From assembly GCF_009914755.1 (NCBI RefSeq), contig NC_060944.1: a stretch of DNA of 64,000 bases. The stretch is one strand, 5' to 3'. Shown one piece after another: positions 26,701 through 38,700 of the stretch (the first letter of the stretch is position 1; every line of letters begins with the position of its first letter). This stretch comes from the human T2T-CHM13v2.0 reference genome, Homo sapiens. The position numbers and the translations under genes were made by a program. Below the pieces are notes generated by a model that did no database searches, had not been told where the DNA came from, and saw only the letters and a program-made list of their open reading frames with translations.

Positions 26701-29700
26701 AGCATTCTCAGAAACTTATTTGTGATGTATGTACTCAACTAACAGAACTAAACCATCGTTTTGAAGGAGCAGTTTTGAAACACTCTTTTTGCGGAATCTG
26801 CAAGTGGATATTTGGCTAGCTGGGAGGATTTCGTTGGAAACGGGATTACATACAAAAAGCAGAGAGCAGCATTCTCAGAAACTTCTTTGTGATGTTTGCA
26901 TTCAAGTCACAGAGTTGAACATTCCCTTTCATAGAGCAGGTTTGAAACACTCTTTTTGTAGTATCTGGATGTGGACATTTGGATCGCTTTCAGGCCTATG
27001 GTGAAAAAGGAAATATCTTCCCATGAAAACTAGACAGAAGCATTCTCAGAAACTTATTTGTGATGTGTGCCCTCAACTGACAGTGTTGAACCTTTGTTTT
27101 GATAGAGCAGTTCTGAAACACACTTTTTGTAAAATCTGCAAGAGGATATTTGGATAGCTTTGAGGATTTCGTTGGAAACGGGAATGTCTTCATGTAAACT
27201 CTAGACAGAAGCATTCTCAGAAACTGCTTTGGGATGTTTCAATTGAAGTCCCAGTGTTGAACATTCCCTTTCATAGAGCAGGTTTGAAACACTCTTTTTG
27301 TACTATCTGGAAGTGGACATTTGGAGCGCTTTCAGGTCTACGGTGAAAAAGGAGATATCTTCCAATAAAAACTAGATAGAAGCAATGTCAGAACTTTTTT
27401 CATGATGTATCTACTCAGCAAACAGAGTTGAACCTTTCTTTTGAGAGAGCAGTTTTGAAACACTCTTTTTGTGGAATATGCAAGTGGGTATTAGGCCAGC
27501 TTGGAGGATTTCGTTGGAAACGGGAATACGTATAAAAAGCAGACAGCAGCATTGTCAGAAACTACTTTGTGATGTTTGCATTCAAGTCACAGAATTGAAC
27601 ACTCCCTTTCACAGAGCAGGTTTGAAACACTCTTTTTGTAGTGTCTGTAAGTGAACATTTGGATTGCTTTCAGGCCTAAGGTGAAAAAGGAAATATCTTC
27701 CCATAAAAACTAGACAGAAGCATTCTCAGAAACTTGTTTGTGATGTGTGCCCTCTACTGACAGAGTTGAACCTTTCTTTGCAAAGAGCAGTTTTGAAACA
27801 CTCTTTTTGTAGAATCTGCAAGAGGATATTTGGATAGCTTTGAGGATTTCTTGGGAAACGGGAATGTCTTCAGATAAACTCTAGACAGAAGCATTCTCAG
27901 AAACTTCTTTGGGATGTTTCAATTGAAGTCACAGTGTTGAACATTCCCTTTCACAGAGCAGGTTTGAAACACTCTTTTTGTAGTGTCTATAAGTGAACAT
28001 TTGGCGTGCTTTCAGGCCTAACGTGAAAAAGGAAATATCTTCCCATAAAAACTAGACAGAAGCATTCTCAGAAACTTGTTCTTGATCTGTGCCCTCTACT
28101 GACAGAGTTGAACCTTTCTTTGCAAAGAGCAGCTTTGAAACACTCTTTTTGTAGAATCTGCAAGAGGATATTTGGATAGCTTGGAGGATTTCGTTGGAAA
28201 CGGGTATGTCTTCAGATAAACTCTAGACAGAAGCATTCTCAGAAACTTCTTTGGGATGTTGCATTCAAGTCACAGAGTAGAACATTCCCATTCATAGAGC
28301 AGATTTGAAACACTCTTTTTGTAGTATCTGGAAGTGGACATTTGGAGCGCTTTCAGGCCTATGTTGAAAAAGGAAATATCTTCCCATAAAAACTAGACGG
28401 AAGCATTCTCAGAAACTTATTTGTGATGTGTTTGCTCAACTAACAGGATTGAACCATCGTTTTGAAGGAGCAGTTTTGAAACACTGTTTTCGTGGAATCT
28501 GCAAGTGGATATTTGGCTAGCTTTGAGGATTTCGTTGGAAACGGGATTACATATAAAAAGGAGACAGCAGCATTCTCAGAAACTTCTTTGTGATGTCTGC
28601 ATTCAATTCACAGAGTTGAGCATTCCCTTTCATAGAGCAGGTTGGAAACACTCTTTTTGTAGTATCTGGATGAGGACATTTGGAGCGCTTTCAGGCGTAT
28701 GGTGAAAAAGGAAATATCTTCCCGTAAAAACTAGACAGAAGCCTTCTCAGAAGTTTATTTGTGATGTGTGCCCTCAACTAACAGAGTTGAACCTTTCTTT
28801 TGATAGAGCAGTTTTGAAACACTCTTTTTGTAAAATCTGCAAGAGGATATTTGGATAGCTTTGAGGATTTCGTTGCAAACGGGAATGGCTTCATATAAAC
28901 TCTAGACAGAAGCATTCTCAGAAACTTCGTTGGGATGTTTCGATTGAAGTCCCAGTGTTGAACATTCCCTTTTATAGAGCAGGTTGGAAACACTCTTTCT
29001 GCATTCCCTGGAAGTGGACATTTGGAGCGCTTTCAGGACGACGGTGAAAATGGAAATATCTTCCAAGAAAATCTAGATAGAAGCAACGTCAGAAACTTTT
29101 ATGTGATGGATCTACTCAGCTAACAGAGTTGAACCTTTCTTTTGAGAGAGCAGTTTTGCAACACTCTTTTTGTGGAATATGCAAGTGGATATTAGGGCAG
29201 CTTTGAGGATTTCGTTGGAAACGGGAATACATGTAAAAAGCAGACAGCAGCATTCTCAGAAACTTCTTTGTGATGTTTGCATTGAAGTCACAGAGTTGAA
29301 CATTCCCTTTGAGAGAGCAGGTTTGAAACACGCCTTTTGTCATATCTGGAAGTGTCCATTCGGAGCGCATTCAGGCTTGTGTTGAAAAAGGAAATATCCT
29401 CCCATAAAAACTAGACAGAAGCATTCTCAGAAACTTATTTGTGATGTATGTACTCAACTAACAGAACTAAACCATCGTTTTGAAGGAGCAGTTTTGAAAC
29501 ACTCTTTTTGCGGAATCTGCAAGTGGATATTTGGCTAGCTGGGAGGATTTCGTTGGAAACGGGATTACATACAAAAAGCAGAGAGCAGCATTCTCAGAAA
29601 CTTCTTTGTGATGTTTGCATTCAAGTCACAGAGTTGAACATTCCCTTTCATAGAGCAGGTTTGAAACACTCTTTTTGTAGTATCTGGATGTGGACATTTG

Positions 29701-32700
29701 GATCGCTTTCAGGCCTATGGTGAAAAAGGAAATATCTTCCCATGAAAACTAGACAGAAGCATTCTCAGAAACTTATTCGTGATGTGTGCCCTAAACTGAC
29801 AGTGTTGAACCTTTGTTTTGATAGAGCAGTTCTGAAACACACTTTTTGTAAAATCTGTAAGAGGATATTTGGATAGCTTTGAGGATTTCGTTGGAAACGG
29901 GAATGTCTTCATGTAAACTCTAGACAGAAGCATTCTCAGAAACTGCTTTGGGATGTTTCAATTGAAGTCCCAGTGTTGAACATTCCCATTCATAGAGCAG
30001 GTTTGAAACACTCTTTTTGTACTATCTGGAAGTGGACATTTGGAGCGCTTTCAGGTCTACGGTGAAAAAGGAGATATCTTCCAATAAAAACTAGATAGAA
30101 GCAATGTCAGAACTTTTTTCATGATGTATCTACTCAGCAAACAGAGTTGAACCTTTCTTTTGAGAGAGCAGTTTTGAAACACTCTTTTTGTGGAATATGC
30201 AAGTGGGTATTAGGCCAGCTTGGAGGATTTCGTTGGAAACGGGAATACGTATAAAAAGCAGACAGCAGCATTGTCAGAAACTACTTTGTGATGTTTGCAT
30301 TCAAGTCACAGAATTGAACACTCCCTTTCACAGAGCAGGTTTGAAACACTCTTTTTGTAGTGTCTGTAAGTGAACATTTGGATTGCTTTCAGGCCTAAGG
30401 TGAAAAAGGAAATATCTTCCCATAAAAACTAGACAGAAGCATTCTCAGAAACTTGTTTGTGATGTGTGCCCTCTACTGACAGAGTTGAACCTTTCTTTGC
30501 AAAGAGCAGTTTTGAAACACTCTTTTTGTAGAATCTGCAAGAGGATATTTGGATAGCTTTGAGGATTTCTTGGGAAACGGGAATGTCTTCAGATAAACTC
30601 TAGACAGAAGCATTCTCAGAAACTTCTTTGGGATGTTTCAATTGAAGTCACAGTGTTGAACATTCCCTTTCACAGAGCAGGTTTGAAACACTCTTTTTGT
30701 AGTGTCTATAAGTGAACATTTGGCGTGCTTTCAGGCGTAACGTGAAAAAGGAAATATCTTCCCATAAAAACTAGACAGAAGCATTCTCAGAAACTTGTTC
30801 TTGATGTGTCCCCTCTACTGACAGAGTTGAACCTTTCTTTGCAAAGAGCAGCTTTGAAACACTCTTTTTGTAGAATCTGCAAGAGGATATTTGGATAGCT
30901 TGGAGGATTTCGTTGGAAACGGGTATGTCTTCAGATAAACTCTAGACAGAAGCATTCTCAGAAACTTCTTTGGGATGTTGCATTCAAGTCACAGAGTAGA
31001 ACATTCCCATTCATAGAGCAGATTTGAAACACTCTTTTTGTAGTATCTGGAAGTGGACATTTGGAGCGCTTTCAGGCCTATGTTGAAAAAGGAAATATCT
31101 TCCCATAAAAACTAGACGGAAGCATTCTCAGAAACTTATTTGTGATGTGTTTGCTCAACTAACAGGATTGAACCATCGTTTTGAAGGAGCAGTTTTGAAA
31201 CACTGTTTTCGTGGAATCTGCAAGTGGATATTTGGCTAGCTTTGAGGATTTCGTTGGAAACGGGATTACATATAAAAAGGAGACAGCAGCATTCTCAGAA
31301 ACTTCTTTGTGATGTCTGCATTCAATTCACAGAGTTGAGCATTCCCTTTCATAGAGCAGGTTGGAAACACTCTTTTTGTAGTATCTGGATGAGGACATTT
31401 GGAGCGCTTTCAGGCGTATGGTGAAAAAGGAAATATCTTCCCGTAAAAACTAGACAGAAGCATTCTCAGAAGTTTATTTGTGATGTGTGCCCTCAACTAA
31501 CAGAGTTGAACCTTTCTTTTGATAGAGCAGTTTTGAAACACTCTTTTTGTAAAATCTGCAAGAGGATATTTGGATAGCTTTGAGGATTTCGTTGCAAACG
31601 GGAATGGCTTCATATAAACTCTAGACAGAAGCATTCTCAGAAACTTCGTTGGGATGTTTCGATTGAAGTCCCAGTGTTGAACATTCCCTTTTATAGAGCA
31701 GGTTGGAAACACTCTTTCTGCATTCCCTGGAAGTGGACATTTGGAGCGCTTTCAGGACGACGGTGAAAATGGAAATATCTTCCAAGAAAATCTAGATAGA
31801 AGCAATGTCAGAAACTTTTATGTGATGGATCTACTCAGCTAACAGAGTTGAACCTTTCTTTTGAGAGAGCAGTTTTGCAACACTCTTTTTGTGGAATATG
31901 CAAGTGGATATTAGGGCAGCTTTGAGGATTTCGTTGGAAACGGGAATACATGTAAAAAGCAGACAGCAGCATTCTCAGAAACTTCTTTGTGATGTTTGCA
32001 TTGAAGTCACAGAGTTGAACATTCCCTTTGAGAGAGCAGGTTTGAAACACGCCTTTTGTCATATCTGGAAGTGTCCATTCGGAGCGCATTCAGGCTTGTG
32101 TTGAAAAAGGAAATATCCTCCCATAAAAACTAGACAGAAGCATTCTCAGAAACTTATCTGTGATGTATGTACTCAACTAACAGAACTAAACCATCGTTTT
32201 GAAGGAGCAGTTTTGAAACACTCTTTTTGCGGAATCTGCAAGTGGATATTTGGCTAGCTGGGAGGATTTCATTGGAAACGGGATTACATACAAAAAGCAG
32301 AGAGCAGCATTCTCAGAAACTTCTTTGTGATGTTTGCATTCAAGTCACAGAGTTGAACATTCCCTTTCATAGAGCAGGTTTGAAACACTCTTTTTGTAGT
32401 ATCTGGATGTGGACATTTGGATCGCTTTCAGGCCTATGGTGAAAAAGGAAATATCTTCCCATGAAAACTAGACAGAAGCATTCTCAGAAACTTATTTGTG
32501 ATGTGTGCCCTCAACTGACAGTGTTGAACCTTTGTTTTGATAGAGCAGTTCTGAAACACACTTTTTGTAAAATCTGCAAGAGGATATTTGGATAGCTTTG
32601 AGGATTTCGTTGGAAACGGGAATGTCTTCATGTAAACTCTAGACAGAAGCATTCTCAGAAACTGCTTTGGGATGTTTCAATTGAAGTCCCAGTGTTGAAC

Positions 32701-35700
32701 ATTCCCATTCATAGAGCAGGTTTGAAACACTCTTTTTGTACTATCTGGAAGTGGACATTTGGAGCGCTTTCAGGTCTACGGTGAAAAAGGAGATATCTTC
32801 CAATAAAAACTAGATAGAAGCAATGTCAGAACTCTTTTCATGATGTATCTACTCAGCAAACAGAGTTGAACCTTTCTTTTGAGAGAGCAGTTTTGAAACA
32901 CTCTTTTTGTGGAATATGCAAGTGGGTATTAGGCCAGCTTGGAGGATTTCGTTGGAAACGGGAATACGTATAAAAAGCAGACAGCAGCATTGTCAGAAAC
33001 TACTTTGTGATGTTTGCATTCAAGTCACAGAATTGAACACTCCCTTTCACAGAGCAGGTTTGAAACACTCTTTTTGTAGTGTCTGTAAGTGAACATTTGG
33101 ATTGCTTTCAGGCCTAAGGTGAAAAAGGAAATATCTTCCCATAAAAACTAGACAGAAGCATTCTCAGAAACTTGTTTGTGATGTGTGCCCTCTACTGACA
33201 GAGTTGAACCTTTCTTTGCAAAGAGCAGTTTTGAAACACTCTTTTTGTAGAATCTGCAAGAGGATATTTGGATAGCTTTGAGGATTTCTTGGGAAACGGG
33301 AATGTCTTCAGATAAACTCTAGACAGAAGCATTCTCAGAAACTTCTTTGGGATGTTTCAATTGAAGTCACAGTGTTGAACATTCCCTTTCACAGAGCAGG
33401 TTTGAAACACTCTTTTTGTAGTGTCTATAAGTGAACATTTGGCGTGCTTTCAGGCCTAACGTGAAAAAGGAAATATCTTCCCATAAAAACTAGACAGAAG
33501 CATTCTCAGAAACTTGTTCTTGATGTGTGCCCTCTACTGACAGAGTTGAACCTTTCTTTGCAAAGAGCAGCTTTGAAACACTCTTTTTGTAGAATCTGCA
33601 AGAGGATATTTGGATAGCTTGGAGGATTTCGTTGGAAACGGGTATGTCTTCAGATAAACTCTAGACAGAAGCATTCTCAGAAACTTCTTTGGGATGTTGC
33701 ATTCAAGTCACAGAGTAGAACATTCCCATTCATAGAGCAGATTTGAAACACTCTTTTTGTAGTATCTGGAAGTGGACATTTGGAGCGCTTTCAGGCCTAT
33801 GTTGAAAAAGGAAATATCTTCCCATAAAAACTAGACGGAAGCATTCTCAGAAACTTATTTGTGATGTGTTTGCTCAACTAACAGGATTGAACCATCGTTT
33901 TGAAGGAGCAGTTTTGAAACACTGTTTTCGTGGAATCTGCAAGTGGATATTTGGCTAGCTTTGAGGATTTCGTTGGAAACGGGATTACATATAAAAAGGA
34001 GACAGCAGCATTCTCAGAAACTTCTTTGTGATGTCTGCATTCAATTCACAGAGTTGAGCATTCCCTTTCATAGAGCAGGTTGGAAACACTCTTTTTGTAG
34101 TATCTGGATGAGGACATTTGGAGCGCTTTCAGGCGTATGGTGAAAAAGGAAATATCTTCCCGTAAAAACTAGACAGAAGCATTCTCAGAAGTTTATTTGT
34201 GATGTGTGCCCTCAACTAACAGAGTTGAACCTTTCTTTTGATAGAGCAGTTTTGAAACACTCTTTTTGTAAAATCTGCAAGAGGATATTTGGATAGCTTT
34301 GAGGATTTCGTTGCAAACGGGAATGGCTTCATATAAACTCTAGACAGAAGCATTCTCAGAAACTTCGTTGGGATGTTTCGATTGAAGTCCCAGTGTTGAA
34401 CATTCCCTTTTATAGAGCAGGTTGGAAACACTCTTTCTGCATTCCCTGGAAGTGGACATTTGGAGCGCTTTCAGGACGACGGTGAAAATGGAAATATCTT
34501 CCAAGAAAATCTAGATAGAAGCAACGTCAGAAACTTTTATGTGATGGATCTACTCAGCTAACAGAGTTGAACCTTTCTTTTGAGAGAGCAGTTTTGCAAC
34601 ACTCTTTTTGTGGAATATGCAAGTGGATATTAGGGCAGCTTTGAGGATTTCGTTGGAAACGGGAATACATGTAAAAAGCAGACAGCAGCATTCTCAGAAA
34701 CTTCTTTGTGATGTTTGCATTGAAGTCACAGAGTTGAACATTCCCTTTGAGAGAGCAGGTTTGAAACACGCCTTTTGTCATATCTGGAAGTGTCCATTCG
34801 GAGCGCATTCAGGCTTGTGTTGAAAAAGGAAATATCCTCCCATAAAAACTAGACAGAAGCATTCTCAGAAACTTATCTGTGATGTATGTACTCAACTAAC
34901 AGAACTAAACCATCGTTTTGAAGGAGCAGTTTTGAAACACTCTTTTTGCGGAATCTGCAAGTGGATATTTGGCTAGCTGGGAGGATTTCGTTGGAAACGG
35001 GATTACATACAAAAAGCAGACAGCAGCATTCTCAGAAACTTCTTTGTGATGTTTGCATTCAAGTCACAGAGTTGAACATTCCCTTTCATAGAGCAGGTTT
35101 GAAACACTCTTTTTGTAGTATCTGGATGTGGACATTTGGATCGCTTTCAGGCCTATGGTGAAAAAGGAAATATCTTCCCATGAAAACTAGACAGAAGCAT
35201 TCTCAGAAACTTATTTGTGATGTGTGCCCTCAACTGACAGTGTTGAACCTTTGTTTTGATAGAGCAGTTCTGAAACACACTTTTTGTAAAATCTGCAAGA
35301 GGATATTTGGATAGCTTTGAGGATTTCGTTGGAAACGGGAATGTCTTCATGTAAACTCTAGACAGAAGCATTCTCAGAAACTGCTTTGGGATGTTTCAAT
35401 TGAAGTCCCAGTGTTGAACATTCCCATTCATAGAGCAGGTTTGAAACACTCTTTTTGTACTATCTGGAAGTGGACATTTGGAGCGCTTTCAGGTCTACGG
35501 TGAAAAAGGAGATATCTTCCAATAAAAACTAGATAGAAGCAATGTCAGAACTCTTTTCATGATGTATCTACTCAGCAAACAGAGTTGAACCTTTCTTTTG
35601 AGAGAGCAGTTTTGAAACACTCTTTTTGTGGAATATGCAAGTGGGTATTAGGCCAGCTTGGAGGATTTCGTTGGAAACGGGAATACGTATAAAAAGCAGA

Positions 35701-38700
35701 CAGCAGCATTGTCAGAAACTACTTTGTGATGTTTGCATTCAAGTCACAGAATTGAACACTCCCTTTCACAGAGCAGGTTTGAAACACTCTTTTTGTAGTG
35801 TCTGTAAGTGAACATTTGGATTGCTTTCAGGCCTAAGGTGAAAAAGGAAATATCTTCCCATAAAAACTAGACAGAAGCATTCTCAGAAACTTGTTTGTGA
35901 TGTGTGCCCTCTACTGACAGAGTTGAACCTTTCTTTGCAAAGAGCAGTTTTGAAACACTCTTTTTGTAGAATCTGCAAGAGGATATTTGGATAGCTTTGA
36001 GGATTTCTTGGGAAACGGGAATGTCTTCAGATAAACTCTAGACAGAAGCATTCTCAGAAACTTCTTTGGGATGTTTCAATTGAAGTCACAGTGTTGAACA
36101 TTCCCTTTCACAGAGCAGGTTTGAAACACTCTTTTTGTAGTGTCTATAAGTGAACATTTGGCGTGCTTTCAGGCCTAACGTGAAAAAGGAAATATCTTCC
36201 CATAAAAACTAGACAGAAGCATTCTCAGAAACTTGTTCTTGATGTGTGCCCTCTACTGACAGAGTTGAACCTTTCTTTGCAAAGAGCAGCTTTGAAACAC
36301 TCTTTTTGTAGAATCTGCAAGAGGATATTTGGATAGCTTGGAGGATTTCGTTGGAAACGGGTATGTCTTCAGATAAACTCTAGACAGAAGCATTCTCAGA
36401 AACTTCTTTGGGATGTTGCATTCAAGTCACAGAGTAGAACATTCCCATTCATAGAGCAGATTTGAAACACTCTTTTTGTAGTATCTGGAAGTGGACATTT
36501 GGAGCGCTTTCAGGCCTATGTTGAAAAAGGAAATATCTTCCCATAAAAACTAGACGGAAGCATTCTCAGAAACTTATTTGTGATGTGTTTGCTCAACTAA
36601 CAGGATTGAACCATCGTTTTGAAGGAGCAGTTTTGAAACACTGTTTTCGTGGAATCTGCAAGTGGATATTTGGCTAGCTTTGAGGATTTCGTTGGAAACG
36701 GGATTACATATAAAAAGGAGACAGCAGCATTCTCAGAAACTTCTTTGTGATGTCTGCATTCAATTCACAGAGTTAAGCATTCCCTTTCATAGAGCAGGTT
36801 GGAAACACTCTTTTTGTAGTATCTGGATGAGGACATTTGGAGCGCTTTCAGGCGTATGGTGAAAAAGGAAATATCTTCCCGTAAAAACTAGACAGAAGCA
36901 TTCTCAGAAGTTTATTTGTGATGTGTGCCCTCAACTAACAGAGTTGAACCTTTCTTTTGATAGAGCAGTTTTGAAACACTCTTTTTGTAAAATCTGCAAG
37001 AGGATATTTGGATAGCTTTGAGGATTTCGTTGCAAACGGGAATGGCTTCATATAAACTCTAGACAGAAGCATTCTCAGAAACTTCGTTGGGATGTTTCGA
37101 TTGAAGTCCCAGTGTTGAACATTCCCTTTTATAGAGCAGGTTGGAAACACTCTTTCTGCATTCCCTGGAAGTGGACATTTGGAGCGCTTTCAGGACGACG
37201 GTGAAAATGGAAATATCTTCCAAGAAAATCTAGATAGAAGCAACGTCAGAAACTTTTATGTGATGGATCTACTCAGCTAACAGAGTTGAACCTTTCTTTT
37301 GAGAGAGCAGTTTTGCAACACTCTTTTTGTGGAATATGCAAGTGGATATTAGGGCAGCTTTGAGGATTTCGTTGGAAACGGGAATACATGTAAAAAGCAG
37401 ACAGCAGCATTCTCAGAAACTTCTTTGTGATGTTTGCATTGAAGTCACAGAGTTGAACATTCCCTTTGAGAGAGCAGGTTTGAAACACGCCTTTTGTCAT
37501 ATCTGGAAGTGTCCATTCGGAGCGCATTCAGGCTTGTGTTGAAACAGGAAATATCCTCCCATAAAAACTAGACAGAAGCATTCTCAGAAACTTATTTGTG
37601 ATGTATGTACTCAACTAACAGAACTAAACCATCGTTTTGAAGGAGCAGTTTTGAAACACTCTTTTTGCGGAATCTGCAAGTGGATATTTGGCTAGCTGGG
37701 AGGATTTCGTTGGAAACGGGAGTACATACAAAAAGCAGAGAGCAGCATTCTCAGAAACTTCTTTGTGATGTTTGCATTCAAGTCACAGAGTTGAACATTC
37801 CCTTTCATAGAGCAGGTTTGAAACACTCTTTTTGTAGTATCTGGATGTGGACATTTGGATCGCTTTCAGGCCTATGGTGAAAAAGGAAATATCTTCCCAT
37901 GAAAACTAGACAGAAGCATTCTCAGAAACTTATTTGTGATGTGTGCCCTCAACTGACAGTGTTGAACCTTTGTTTTGATAGAGCAGTTCTGAAACACACT
38001 TTTTGTAAAATCTGCAAGAGGATATTTGGATAGCTTTGAGGATTTCGTTGGAAACGGGAATGTCTTCATGTAAACTCTAGACAGAAGCATTCTCAGAAAC
38101 TGCTTTGAGATGTTTCAATTGAAGTCCCAGTGTTGAACATTCCCTTTCATAGAGCAGGTTTGAAACACTCTTTTTGTACTATCTGGAAGTGGACATTTGG
38201 AGCGCTTTCAGGTCTACGGTGAAAAAGGAGATATCTTCCAATAAAAACTAGATAGAAGCAATGTCAGAACTGTTTTCATGATGTATCTACTCAGCAAACA
38301 GAGTTGAACCTTTCTTTTGAGAGAGCAGTTTTGAAACACTCTTTTTGTGGAATATGCAAGTGGGTATTAGGCCAGCTTGGAGGATTTCGTTGGAAACGGG
38401 AATACGTATAAAAAGCAGACAGCAGCATTGTCAGAAACTACTTTGTGATGTTTGCATTCAAGTCACAGAATTGAACACTCCCTTTCACAGAGCAGGTTTG
38501 AAACACTCTTTTTGTAGTGTCTGTAAGTGAACATTTGGATTGCTTTCAGGCCTAAGGTGAAAAAGGAAATATCTTCCCATAAAAACTAGACAGAAGCATT
38601 CTCAGAAACTTGTTTGTGATGTGTGCCCTCTACTGACAGAGTTGAACCTTTCTTTGCAAAGAGCAGTTTTGAAACACTCTTTTTGTAGAATCTGCAAGAG

